Origin: Oscillospiraceae bacterium
Lineage (GTDB): Bacteria; Bacillota; Clostridia; Oscillospirales; Ruminococcaceae
Direction of reading: 5' to 3'
Length of the DNA: 64,000 nt
Assembly: GCA_045118955.1 (NCBI GenBank)
Contig: JBGVKB010000018.1
Location: forward strand, 281-64,280
The translations under genes were made by a program, and so were the position numbers. Of this stretch, positions 28,447-40,290 are shown piece by piece. How positions within the stretch are numbered: position 1 is the first letter of the stretch; each line of letters begins with the position of its first letter. Under the pieces are notes generated by a model. The model was given only the letters and a program-made list of their open reading frames with translations. It made no database searches and was not told where the DNA came from.

Positions 28447-30597
28447 ATGGCCGTCATTCACATTCTGGATCAGCACACTGCGGAGCTGATCGCCGCCGGT
28501 GAGGTGGTGGAACGCCCGGCCTCGGCGGTGAAGGAGCTGCTGGAGAATGCCATTGACGCAGGCGCGACGCAGGTCACCGTGTCCATTGAGCGGGGCGGCG
28601 TGTCCCTGATCCAGGTCAGCGACAACGGCAGCGGCATTGAAGCTGAGTACATCGCCACCGCGTTCATTCGGCACGCCACCAGCAAGATCCGGACGGAGGA
28701 CGATCTGGAGCATATCTCGACGCTGGGCTTTCGGGGCGAGGCGCTGGCCTCCATCGCCAGCGTGTCCCGGGTGGAGGTGCTGACCCGCACCGAGCAGGAC
28801 GAGTTTGCCTGCTGTTACCGCATCGAGGGCGGTGTGGAGCAGGGGATGGAGGCGGCCGCCCGCCCGGTGGGCACCACCATCACAGTGCGTGACCTGTTTT
28901 ACAACACCCCTGCCCGCATGAAGTTCCTGAAAAAAGACTCCAGCGAGGGAGCCTTTGTTTCGGATACCGTGATGCGCGCCGCTCTGTCCCACCCGGAGGT
29001 GGCGGTGAAGTTTGTGCGCGAGGGCAAGGTGCAGTTTCAGACCCCCGGCGATGGGCAGCTGCGCAGCGCCGCCTATGGGGTGCTGGGACGCGAGTTCTCC
29101 AAGAGCCTTCTGGAGGTGGACGGCCAGAGCGGCCTGTACCGGGTGTGGGGTCTGGTGACCCCGCCGTCCGGGTGCCGTGCCAGCCGCGGTATGCAGTACT
29201 ATTTCATCAATGGGCGCTACGTCAAGAACGGCACCATGATGGCCGCGCTGGAGAACGCCTACAAAGGTACCTTGATGCAGGGTAAGTTCCCCGGCTGCGT
29301 GCTGGCGCTGGAGATGCCGCCGGAGTTGGTGGATGTGAACGTTCACCCCGCCAAGACGGAGGTGCGCTTTGCCCGGGAGCGGGATGTGTTCGATGCGGTG
29401 TACAGCGCGGTGAAGAACACCGTGACCCGCCCGGCCAGCGGTGAGCGGGTGTTCCGCTTTGATGAGCAGGAGCCTGCCGCACCGCGTCCGAGTGTCACGG
29501 CGGCGGAACAGCCCAAGGTGGACGTGCCCGCAGTGCCGCGTGCGGACGCTGCGGTGCCAAAACCCGTAAGTGTAACGGAACACGCAAAAAAAGAACTGTC
29601 AGACGATGTGTTTGCTCTTGATGCGCCGATTGCGGAGAGCGTGCCTGTAGATGTGAAGCCGAGTGACTTTACAGTTCTGAATGCACCAACGCGTACAAGC
29701 GCCGCAATTGTTGTTAAAGACGATAAACCGAATTATTTTGAGGATGGAGCAGGTGCCGGCGAGGTGTGGGACGCACTCCCGGCGCGCTCCATCTCCGGGA
29801 TGACCGAGCTTCGCTCCCGACCCCGCGAGCTTGCCTCCGGCGGTTACCGTGCGGCAGGGGAGTCCATGCTGGACATCGCTCTCACCGAGGAGGAAGCCCT
29901 GCGCATGGCCGCGCCGCAGCCCGCTCCGGAGCCTGAAACGGTCCCGGTGCAGACGCCCTCCGTACCGGAAGAACCGCCCAGTCCTAAGACTGCCGCCCAG
30001 CTCACGCTGGAGCCGGAGCCGGAGATCGAGCCGCTGCGCTATGTGGGCGAGGTGTTCAAGACCTACATTATTACCCAGCGCGGCGAGGAGATGTGCCTGA
30101 TCGACAAGCACGCCGCCCACGAGCGGCTCATTTATGAGGAACTGGCCGCCAATTACGGCAACGTGCCCAGCCAGATGCTGCTGATGCCGGTGCCGGTGCA
30201 GCTCTCCGCCGAGGAGAAGAACGCCCTGCTGGGCGCGCAGAAGCTGCTTCTGGATGCGGGTGTGGAGCTGGATGATTTCGGCGGCAACACGGTGCTGGTG
30301 CGGGCGGTGCCCGCCGATGTGCCGGTGGATGATGTGGAGGCGCTGGCGGTGGAGCTGGCGGCAAAGCTCGCCCGGGGCGCACGGGACGCGCTGAGCGAAA
30401 AGACCGAGTGGGTGCTGCACTCCATCAGCTGCCGCGCGGCGATGAAGGCCGGCGACCGCACCCCGCCCCAGCAGCTTATGCGGCTGGCCGAGCAGATCCT
30501 GGCGGGCGTTGTGCCGCCGTTCTGCCCCCACGGTCGCCCCATTGTTTTGAAATTGACCCGGAAGGAGCTGGAAAAGCAGTTTGGCAGGCTTGGTTAA
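28447..30597 (+). CDS. mutL: DNA mismatch repair protein MutL
   Basis: GHKL ATPase IAAGEVVERPASAVKELLENAIDAG, DNGSGI, FRGEAL. C-terminal endonuclease-type motif (DKHAAHERLIYE) and CPHGRP. Confidence 0.95.
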   Translation: MAVIHILDQHTAELIAAGEVVERPASAVKELLENAIDAGATQVTVSIERGGVSLIQVSDNGSGIEAEYIATAFIRHATSKIRTEDDLEHISTLGFRGEALASIASVSRVEVLTRTEQDEFACCYRIEGGVEQGMEAAARPVGTTITVRDLFYNTPARMKFLKKDSSEGAFVSDTVMRAALSHPEVAVKFVREGKVQFQTPGDGQLRSAAYGVLGREFSKSLLEVDGQSGLYRVWGLVTPPSGCRASRGMQYYFINGRYVKNGTMMAALENAYKGTLMQGKFPGCVLALEMPPELVDVNVHPAKTEVRFARERDVFDAVYSAVKNTVTRPASGERVFRFDEQEPAAPRPSVTAAEQPKVDVPAVPRADAAVPKPVSVTEHAKKELSDDVFALDAPIAESVPVDVKPSDFTVLNAPTRTSAAIVVKDDKPNYFEDGAGAGEVWDALPARSISGMTELRSRPRELASGGYRAAGESMLDIALTEEEALRMAAPQPAPEPETVPVQTPSVPEEPPSPKTAAQLTLEPEPEIEPLRYVGEVFKTYIITQRGEEMCLIDKHAAHERLIYEELAANYGNVPSQMLLMPVPVQLSAEEKNALLGAQKLLLDAGVELDDFGGNTVLVRAVPADVPVDDVEALAVELAAKLARGARDALSEKTEWVLHSISCRAAMKAGDRTPPQQLMRLAEQILAGVVPPFCPHGRPIVLKLTRKELEKQFGRLG

Positions 30598-31531
30598 ACC
30601 GCAAATTCTGGTGATCGGCGGCCCCACGGCCACCGGCAAGACCGCCCTGTCGGTGGCACTGGCCCGCCGCTTTGACGGCGAGGTCATCTCGGCGGATTCC
30701 ATGCAGCTCTACCGCGGGCTGGATGTGGGCACCGCCAAGGTCACTGCGGAGGAAGCGGAGGGAGTACCACACCATCTGGTGGACTCCATTGGGCCGGAGC
30801 AGACCTACAGCGTGGCGGATTATGTGGCCGCCGCGCGGCGCTGCATCGATGAAATCCTTTCCCGAGGGAAACTGCCGATGGTCGTCGGCGGCACCGGGCT
30901 GTACATTTCCAGCCTGCTGAACGGGGTGGAGTTCACCCCTCAGAAGCCCACGGCGGAGCTGCGCCGCGCATTGGAACAGGAGCTGGAGCAGCGGGGAAGA
31001 GAGGCCCTTTACCGGGAGTTGCAGGAGCTGGATCCCGAGGGTGCGGCCTGCATCCACCCCAACAACACGCCCCGCCTGCTGCGGGCACTGGAGCTTTACC
31101 GATCCACCGGCAAGACCATGAGTCAGCAGAAGGCGGAGTCCCGCCCGGCTGAGGAGCCATACGACGCCCTTGTGTTTGGGTTGAACGACCCGGATCGGGA
31201 GGCGCTGTACCGCCGCATCGACCTGCGGGTGGATCGGATGCTGGAGCAGGGCATTCTGGACGAAGCGCGGCAGGTATGGCTGAACCGCGGTGCGTGGAAG
31301 ACGGCCGCACAGGCCATCGGCTACAAGGAATTCTTCCCTTATTTTGAGGGGGAGGCCGAATTGGAGCGCTGCACCGACGATCTGAAACAGGCGAGCCGCC
31401 GGTATGCAAAGCGGCAGCTTACCTGGTTCCGCCATATGCCGCAGGTGCAGTGGCTGGACATCTCCCAGCCGGATGTGGTCGGCACAGCCGAGAAGCTGGT
31501 ACAGGAATTTTTGCGCCGCGGTGCGCTGTGA
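30581..31531 (+). CDS. miaA: tRNA dimethylallyltransferase
   Basis: VIGGPTATGKTALS P-loop, ISADSMQLYRGLDVGTAK, YAKRQLTWFR. The TTG start overlaps the mutL end by 17 nt, so the exact start is uncertain. Confidence 0.9.
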   Translation: MAGLVKPQILVIGGPTATGKTALSVALARRFDGEVISADSMQLYRGLDVGTAKVTAEEAEGVPHHLVDSIGPEQTYSVADYVAAARRCIDEILSRGKLPMVVGGTGLYISSLLNGVEFTPQKPTAELRRALEQELEQRGREALYRELQELDPEGAACIHPNNTPRLLRALELYRSTGKTMSQQKAESRPAEEPYDALVFGLNDPDREALYRRIDLRVDRMLEQGILDEARQVWLNRGAWKTAAQAIGYKEFFPYFEGEAELERCTDDLKQASRRYAKRQLTWFRHMPQVQWLDISQPDVVGTAEKLVQEFLRRGAL

Positions 31532-31582
31532 CGCCTGCGGATGATCCAATGACAGGCCGGAGTGCCGGAACAGGAGGAGACC

Positions 31583-32797
31583 ATGCCAAACCGTGAAAAA
31601 AAGCGGCTCATCCCCCGATGGCTGATCGCCATCCCGCTGATCGTCCTTGCGGGCTATGTGGGCCTGCAGGTGCTGGCGGTGCTGGACAACCGCTACGAGA
31701 CCGAGACCGCCATCCAGTACACCATGGCGGACAGCGTTTACTGCGACGGTGTGGTGTGGTTCACCGAGCAGCCGGTGGACGGTGCGGGCGATCTGGGGTA
31801 TCTGGTGGCGAACGGTGAGCGCGTCTCCGGCGGCACAGCGGTGGCCGAGCTGTACACCGACGCGGAGCAGGCGCAGCACCGCGCCCAGCTCAACGCTCTG
31901 ACCGCCCGGATCGCCCTCTTGGAGCGGTCGCAGAGCGCGGGCAGCGACATTGCGGTGCTGCTGAATCAGGAGCAGACCGCGGAAAATGACCTGCTGGAAG
32001 CGCTGGACCGCAGACAGTACAGTGAGCTGACCGAGCGGCAGGAGAACTACCTGCTGGCCGCAAACCGGCTGCAGGTGACCACCGGGCAGGTGAGTGATTT
32101 TGACGCCCAGTTGGAGGAATTGAACGCGCAGGCGGAACAGCTCCGGACGGCGCTGGGCACCCCGGAGACCATTCAGGCTCCCACCGGCGGATATTTTGTG
32201 CAGGCAGAGGACGCGCGAACTCTGACGGTGGACAGCGAGTTTTTGCAGCAGGCGACCCCGAGCCAGCTGCAGGACGCGCTGACGGACGGTGCCGACCGCC
32301 CGCTGGAGGGCGCTGTGGGCAAGGTGGTCACCAGCTACGAGTGGAGCTTTTACGGCGTTTGCAGCCTTCAGGACGGCAAGCGCATTGAAGTGGGATCGAA
32401 GGTGAACATCTGCTTCCCCGAAAAGGCCGAGCAGACCCTGCCGGCAAGGGTGGAAGAGGTGGTCATCGACGAGGCCGGCGGTCTTGCCAAGGTGGTGCTG
32501 CGCTGTGAGTACATGACACCGCAGGTGCTGGTGCTGGGGCAGCAACGGGCACGCATCGACCTGGCCACCTACAGCGGCCTGCGGGTGGACGTGGACGCGC
32601 GGCATATCGTGGACGGTGTGTCCGGCGTGTATGTGCGCTTTGGCCAGTTGGTCTCCTTCAAACCGATCACGGTGCTGTACGAGGATGAAAATTACATTTT
32701 GACGCCGGAAAGCGGCGATGAAAACTGTGCGCTGGAGCTGTACGACGAGGTGGTCGTGCGCGGCCGTGCGCTGCGGGACGGCAAGCTGATCGGCTGA
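31583..32797 (+). CDS. Membrane-anchored HlyD/membrane-fusion-like protein (N-terminal TM, coiled coil, beta-barrel-like ends)
   Basis: ATG at 31583 follows AGGAGGAG. TM segment is WLIAIPLIVLAGYVGLQVLAV. The lipoyl-like segment GYLVANGERVSGGTAVAELY is followed by a long heptad-like region. Confidence 0.55.
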   Translation: MPNREKKRLIPRWLIAIPLIVLAGYVGLQVLAVLDNRYETETAIQYTMADSVYCDGVVWFTEQPVDGAGDLGYLVANGERVSGGTAVAELYTDAEQAQHRAQLNALTARIALLERSQSAGSDIAVLLNQEQTAENDLLEALDRRQYSELTERQENYLLAANRLQVTTGQVSDFDAQLEELNAQAEQLRTALGTPETIQAPTGGYFVQAEDARTLTVDSEFLQQATPSQLQDALTDGADRPLEGAVGKVVTSYEWSFYGVCSLQDGKRIEVGSKVNICFPEKAEQTLPARVEEVVIDEAGGLAKVVLRCEYMTPQVLVLGQQRARIDLATYSGLRVDVDARHIVDGVSGVYVRFGQLVSFKPITVLYEDENYILTPESGDENCALELYDEVVVRGRALRDGKLIG

Positions 32798-32919
32798 TCC
32801 GGTGTGTAAGCCCGCCGAGCGAGCCATTTCTGTAAAGGTTTTGGGCTTTGCGGATGTGCGGGGCGAATGCGCACTGCGGCGACTGGGGTGCGGCCCCGCT
32901 CTATAGTGAATTTTTTAGA

Positions 32920-32948
32920 GAAGCACGGCACATTTTGTGCCGTGCTTC
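32920..32948 (+). other. Perfect 12-bp stem hairpin without a downstream U-tract
   Basis: GAAGCACGGCAC-atttt-GTGCCGTGCTTC is preceded by TTTTTT and followed directly by the -35 of the sepF promoter. Confidence 0.4.
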
Positions 32949-32949
32949 C

Positions 32950-32978
32950 TTGACATTGGGGACAAAACATTGGATAAT
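32950..32978 (+). promoter_or_regulatory. Putative sigma-A promoter of sepF-ylmH-divIVA-ileS
   Basis: TTGACA (32950-32955), a 17-nt spacer, then GATAAT (32973-32978). Confidence 0.55.
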
Positions 32979-33086
32979 GTAATGTGTGCAGTTTTCGGTA
33001 AAAGCAACGGAAGCTGTACCCAAGACCGTGTTTAACGGGCGATTCGAAACTGACCCGAAAAAATAAAAGCAGGAGGACCGAACCAA

Positions 33087-33548
33087 ATGTTTGACAAGAT
33101 CAAAAAGGCGTTGGGCGTCGATGACGAGGACGAGGAGTACGAGACCGAAGACTTTCCCGCATTCGTGACCCACGGCGCAGACTCCCAGCAGGACACCGGC
33201 TTTGAGCCGGCCGGCGAGGCCCCTGTGACCGGCAGCAAGCGCAACAAGGTGGTCAACATCAACGCCACCACCCAGCTGCAGGTGGTTCTGGTGAAGCCCG
33301 AAGCCTTCGAGGATGCCACCACCGTGGCCAACCATCTGAACGCCAAGCGCACCGTCGTGCTGAATCTGGAGTCCACCAAGAAGGAAGTGTCCCGCCGTCT
33401 GGTGGACTTCCTGTCCGGTGTGGCCTACGCCAACAGCGGGCAGATCAAACGCGTGGCCGCCAGCACCTTCATCATTACCCCCTACAATGTGGACATTATG
33501 GGCGCTGATCTGCTGGACGAGCTGGAGAACAACGGTGTCTACTTCTGA
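33087..33548 (+). CDS. sepF: Cell division protein SepF
   Basis: MFDKIKKALGV.. with an acidic linker. The conserved C-domain has VVLVKPEAFEDATTVANHLNAKRTVVLNLE and IITPYNVDI. Confidence 0.9.
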   Translation: MFDKIKKALGVDDEDEEYETEDFPAFVTHGADSQQDTGFEPAGEAPVTGSKRNKVVNINATTQLQVVLVKPEAFEDATTVANHLNAKRTVVLNLESTKKEVSRRLVDFLSGVAYANSGQIKRVAASTFIITPYNVDIMGADLLDELENNGVYF

Positions 33549-33603
33549 TCCCACTCCGCGCGTCCGCGGGTTTACCCCGCCGCGCAGCGATCAGGAGCGG
33601 CTG

Positions 33604-34338
33604 ATGATGCGCCGGGCCGAGGAGCTGTGCGCTTCGGCAGAGAAGCGCTGGATGTCCCGCTACACGGGCTTTCTCTCCGACCGGGAGCAGGATCTGTGTG
33701 TGGCGGCTCTGAACCGGTGCGGCTGCGACTGGTACCGGTTTGACGGCGGCTATGAGCAGGCCGAGCGCAAGGTTCTTTGTTTGGAGCCGGAGGGTGCGGA
33801 AGCGGAGCAGACCATCTGTATGATCCGCATCGCCCACAGCCCGCTGTGCGGCACACCGCCGACCCACCGGGATTACCTCGGTGCCATTCTGGGCCTTGAG
33901 GTGGAGCGGGGCTGCATCGGCGACATTTTGCTGTCGCCGCAGGAGCACTGCGCCTATGCGGTGGTTCAGGAGACGATGGCGGAGCTGCTCTGCCGTGAGC
34001 TGACGCAGGCCGGGCGGGTCCCGGTGCGCACCGAGCGGTGTGAGCAGGGGGCGGCAGCCCTTCCGCAAGCGGCTCAGCCGGTGCTGAAACACATCAGTGT
34101 GGCGTCGCTTCGTCTGGACGCGGTGCTTGCGGCGTTCCTGAACTGCAGCCGCAGTCAGGCGGAGGAGTACATACGGAGCGGCCGGGTGGAGATCAACCAT
34201 CTTCCACAGGAGAAGGCCAACGCTCCGGTGTATGAGCAGGATATTTTTACCGTCCGGGGCAAGGGTCGCTTTAAGCTGACCTCGCTGGGCGGTAAGAGCC
34301 GGAAAGACCGGCAGTGGATCGAGTATTACCAATATTAA
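33604..34338 (+). CDS. ylmH: YlmH-like S4-domain RNA-binding protein
   Basis: TGFLSDREQ motif and C-terminal S4 domain (ASLRLDAVLAAFLNCSRSQAEEYIRSGRVEINH). ATG at 33604 lies 6 nt after AGGAG. Confidence 0.8.
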   Translation: MMRRAEELCASAEKRWMSRYTGFLSDREQDLCVAALNRCGCDWYRFDGGYEQAERKVLCLEPEGAEAEQTICMIRIAHSPLCGTPPTHRDYLGAILGLEVERGCIGDILLSPQEHCAYAVVQETMAELLCRELTQAGRVPVRTERCEQGAAALPQAAQPVLKHISVASLRLDAVLAAFLNCSRSQAEEYIRSGRVEINHLPQEKANAPVYEQDIFTVRGKGRFKLTSLGGKSRKDRQWIEYYQY

Positions 34339-34369
34339 TATGTGCGCTGAAGCGATGGGAGGAAAATGC

Positions 34370-35095
34370 ATGACGCCGGATGAGATTCGTACCGTTACCT
34401 TTGAAAAGCAGCGGGTCGGCGGCTACCGCCGCGAGGACGTGGACGCGTTCCTGCAGCAGCTGGCCGGCGAGATGGACGCTCTGCAGCGGGAAAAGGACGA
34501 TCTGGAGGGTAAGCTGTATGTGCTGGCTGCCAAGATCGAGGAGTACCGCAAGGATGAGGACAACGTGAAGGCCGCCATGCTGAACGCCCAGCGCATGGCC
34601 GACAGCGTGGTGAAGGAAGCCCGCAAGAAGTCGGAGGACATCCTGCGTCAGGCGGGCATCCGTGCCGACGACATCGTGCAGGCCGCCCGCGATCAGGTAG
34701 TGGATCAGCAGAACGAGCTGGCCCGTCTGCAGGCTGAGGTCGCCAAGTTCAAGGCGGACGTGATGAGCCTGTATCGTCAGCACATCGAGTCGCTGGCGAC
34801 CCTGCCCGACGCCCCTGAGGCCGAGGAGGAAGCCCCCGTTGAGGAGCCCGCGCCCGCGCCGGCGGAGGAGCCTGCCGAGCCTGCCCCCGTCCCCGCGATG
34901 GAGGAGAGCGCCGAGGAGGAGAGCTTCGATACCCCGGTCGAGGCGCCCGAGGAGGAAATTGCTGTTCCGGCCGAGGAACCCGCTTCGGCCTTTACGCTGG
35001 ATCTGAGCGGCTTGGTGGACGAGGAGATCGCCCCGGCCGGCCAGCCCAAGCCGTCCATTCTGGACAGCTTCCAGGGCATCAAATTCAGCGATTGA
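34370..35095 (+). CDS. divIVA: DivIVA-domain cell-division/polarity protein
   Basis: MTPDEIRTVTFEKQRVGGYRREDVDAFL (DivIVA N-domain), a coiled coil, and an acidic Pro/Glu/Ala-rich tail. Confidence 0.85.
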   Translation: MTPDEIRTVTFEKQRVGGYRREDVDAFLQQLAGEMDALQREKDDLEGKLYVLAAKIEEYRKDEDNVKAAMLNAQRMADSVVKEARKKSEDILRQAGIRADDIVQAARDQVVDQQNELARLQAEVAKFKADVMSLYRQHIESLATLPDAPEAEEEAPVEEPAPAPAEEPAEPAPVPAMEESAEEESFDTPVEAPEEEIAVPAEEPASAFTLDLSGLVDEEIAPAGQPKPSILDSFQGIKFSD

Positions 35096-35136
35096 TCAAG
35101 TTGTATCGCATTAAACTATAGAGGAGTGTAGGATCA

Positions 35137-37914
<2,778 letters not shown>

Positions 37915-37933
37915 GATAAACCTGATTTAAACG

Positions 37934-37976
37934 ACAGCGGCGCTTCGCCTTGATAGGGAGAGCGCCGCTGTTTTTC
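37934..37976 (+). terminator. Intrinsic terminator after ileS
   Basis: ACAGCGGCGCT-(16 nt)-AGCGCCGCTGT followed by TTTTT. Confidence 0.6.
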
Positions 37977-38041
37977 AGCGATGGGCGTCTTTGCGGCGTC
38001 CCATCGGGGAAAGTTTTCCGAACGAAGGAGAGTAAACCGTT

Positions 38042-38536
38042 TTGTATGTGATGTTTACCGCGCTGATCGGTGCGGCCCTCGTTGGCGTGGATCAGGCCAT
38101 CAAGGCTTGGGCCACGGCCAATCTGGCTCCGGTGGGCACCATGCCCTTTATTCCGGGTCTTATCCAGCTGCGCTATCTGCTCAATGACGGTGCGGCGTTC
38201 AGTATGCTGGCCGGCAAGCAGGAATTTTTGATCCTGTTCACCGGCGCGGCGCTGTGCGCACTGGCCGTCTACATTCTGGTCAAGCGCCCCAAAGGGCTGG
38301 AATACATCGCATGGGTGCTGATCCTGTCCGGCGGTATCGGCAATCTGATCGACCGCGTCGCCAACCGGGTGGTGGTGGATTACATCGACCTGCTGTTTAT
38401 GGAGTTCGCGGTGTTCAACTTTGCGGACATCTGTGTCTGCACCGGCATGGGATTTTTGATCCTGTCCATTTTGCTGGAGGAGATCGAGGCGCGCAAAGCC
38501 AAAAAGGCCGAGGAGGCTTCGGATGGAGAGGCTTGA
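38042..38536 (+). CDS. lspA: Lipoprotein signal peptidase II
   Basis: NDGAAFSML and GGIGNLIDR..VVDYID...FNFAD motifs, with four hydrophobic segments. The start is ambiguous (TTG 38042, GTG 38048 or ATG 38051). Confidence 0.9.
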   Translation: MYVMFTALIGAALVGVDQAIKAWATANLAPVGTMPFIPGLIQLRYLLNDGAAFSMLAGKQEFLILFTGAALCALAVYILVKRPKGLEYIAWVLILSGGIGNLIDRVANRVVVDYIDLLFMEFAVFNFADICVCTGMGFLILSILLEEIEARKAKKAEEASDGEA

Positions 38537-39449
38537 GTTTCTGGTCGGGCCGGAGGACGCGGGTCTGCGGCTGGACAAGTATTTGGCCCAGCAGGCGGAG
38601 GGGCTGACCCGCAGCGCCCTGCAGCAGCTGATCGAGGAGGGCCGCGCCGCCAAAAACGGTGTGGCCGCGCCGAAGAACCTCAAGCTGAAGGCAGGGGATC
38701 GGGTCACTCTGGAGATCCCGGACGCGCGCCCCGCCACCGCTGTGGCGCAGGACATCCCTCTGGATGTGGTGTACGAGGATCGGCATCTGTTGGTGGTCAA
38801 CAAGCCCAAGGGGATGGTGGTCCACCCGGCGCCGGGCAATCCGGACGGCACGCTGGTGAACGCACTGCTGTACCACTGTGAGGGCAGCCTTTCGGGCATC
38901 GGCGGCGAACTGCGGCCCGGCATCGTCCACCGCATCGACAAGGACACCAGCGGTTTGCTGGTGGTGGCAAAGGACGATGCCACCCACACCGACCTCTCGG
39001 CGCAGATGGCGGTACACAGCATCCACCGTCTGTACCGGGCGGTGGTCTACGGTGGCTTCAAGCAGGAGGAGGGCTTCGTGGAAGCACCCATCGGCCGAAG
39101 CACTGCCGACCGCAAAAAGATGGCCATTACCCCCACCAATTCCAAGTACGCCTACACCGCATGGCAGGTGATGGAGCGCTATCAAGGCTTCACTCACATC
39201 CAGTGCAAGCTGAAGACCGGGCGCACCCACCAGATCCGTGTACACATGGCCAGTCTGGGTCATCCGGTGGCGGGGGACGGGGTATATGGGCCGCGGGATG
39301 TGATCAAGCGGCTGAACGGCCAGTGTCTGCACGCAAAGACACTGGGCTTCATCCACCCGGCAAACGGTGAATACATGGAGTTTGATTCTCCGCTGCCCGA
39401 GTACTTTACGACGTTTCTTGGTACACTGAGAAAGGAGCCGCAGCCATGA
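38523..39449 (+). CDS. rluD: RluD-type 23S rRNA pseudouridine synthase
   Basis: S4 N-domain, HRIDKDTSGLLVVAK catalytic motif, TGRTHQIRVHMA. It overlaps lspA by 14 nt. Confidence 0.9.
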   Translation: MERLEFLVGPEDAGLRLDKYLAQQAEGLTRSALQQLIEEGRAAKNGVAAPKNLKLKAGDRVTLEIPDARPATAVAQDIPLDVVYEDRHLLVVNKPKGMVVHPAPGNPDGTLVNALLYHCEGSLSGIGGELRPGIVHRIDKDTSGLLVVAKDDATHTDLSAQMAVHSIHRLYRAVVYGGFKQEEGFVEAPIGRSTADRKKMAITPTNSKYAYTAWQVMERYQGFTHIQCKLKTGRTHQIRVHMASLGHPVAGDGVYGPRDVIKRLNGQCLHAKTLGFIHPANGEYMEFDSPLPEYFTTFLGTLRKEPQP

Positions 39450-40255
39450 GCGAACGTGCGAACCTGCCATTGGTGGTCTGTTCGATGGACAACACCCTGC
39501 TGGCCAACCATGGCCGGATCCTTGGGTGTGACGACCAGACCATCCGGCTGTACTGTGCCATGGGCGGCCGCTTCTCGGTGCTCACCCGGCGCACACCGCA
39601 GGGGATGCAGAACGCGTTCCCGGAGTATCGCCGGCTGTCGGCCTCCATCTGCTGCGGCGGCAGCGTGATCCTCTCGCCCAGTGAGGAGGCGGTGCAGTAT
39701 GCGGCGCGGCTGGAAGAAGCACCTGCCCGGGCTGCCGTGCGGGATGCGCTTCGGGAATTTCCGGAGATCTCGGTGCAGATCCTGCACCCCAGCGGCCGGC
39801 TTTATGTGCCAAGATGCAACCGATATCTCCATGCCCACTTGCGTGAAGAGGCGATTAGCTGTATAATGACAGAATTAGAGGATGTTCCCACGCCTTGGGT
39901 GCAGGTGAGCTTTTATGGCAATGCCATGGCCATCGGGCGGCTGGACAAGTATCTCAATGAGCGCGGCTACCTGGGCTGCAGTCTGCACAGCCCCAATGCG
40001 GTCTGTCTGGAGCTGAGCCAGGAGGGCGTTGCGCCCGAGGACGCATTTCTGCAGCTTTGCGCCATTGAAAAGGTGCAGCCGCAGGATGTGATCTTCATTG
40101 CGGGCGGCTACGACGATCTGTCTGTGATGGCACAGGCTGGACAGACGGTGACCGTGGCAGATGCCCCGGTCGAAGTGCGTCTGACCGCAGATCGCGTGCT
40201 GTGCGCGGCACGGGACGGCGGTGTGGGCGAATACCTCTATGAACTGCTGAAATAA
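39446..40255 (+). CDS. HAD-IIB (Cof-like) family protein with degenerate motif I
   Basis: Overall Cof-like layout with a cap region and C-terminal IAGGYDDLSVM. Motif I reads CSMDNTLL instead of DxDGTLL. ATGA overlap with the rluD stop. Confidence 0.65.
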   Translation: MSERANLPLVVCSMDNTLLANHGRILGCDDQTIRLYCAMGGRFSVLTRRTPQGMQNAFPEYRRLSASICCGGSVILSPSEEAVQYAARLEEAPARAAVRDALREFPEISVQILHPSGRLYVPRCNRYLHAHLREEAISCIMTELEDVPTPWVQVSFYGNAMAIGRLDKYLNERGYLGCSLHSPNAVCLELSQEGVAPEDAFLQLCAIEKVQPQDVIFIAGGYDDLSVMAQAGQTVTVADAPVEVRLTADRVLCAARDGGVGEYLYELLK

Positions 40256-40290
40256 TAACTTGATTAGAAATCAAAATTTACGATCAGGAG

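Noticed and set aside
29580-29760. A lower-GC stretch inside mutL as a possible insertion or intein.
   Set aside because: The reading frame is continuous. The stretch falls in the naturally disordered, poorly conserved linker between the ATPase and endonuclease domains, and there are no intein or homing-endonuclease motifs.
32920-32948. The perfect 12-bp hairpin upstream of the sepF promoter as an intrinsic terminator.
   Set aside because: There is no U-tract after the stem on either strand; the T-run is upstream on the plus strand. I kept it as a structural feature only, because its function is undetermined.
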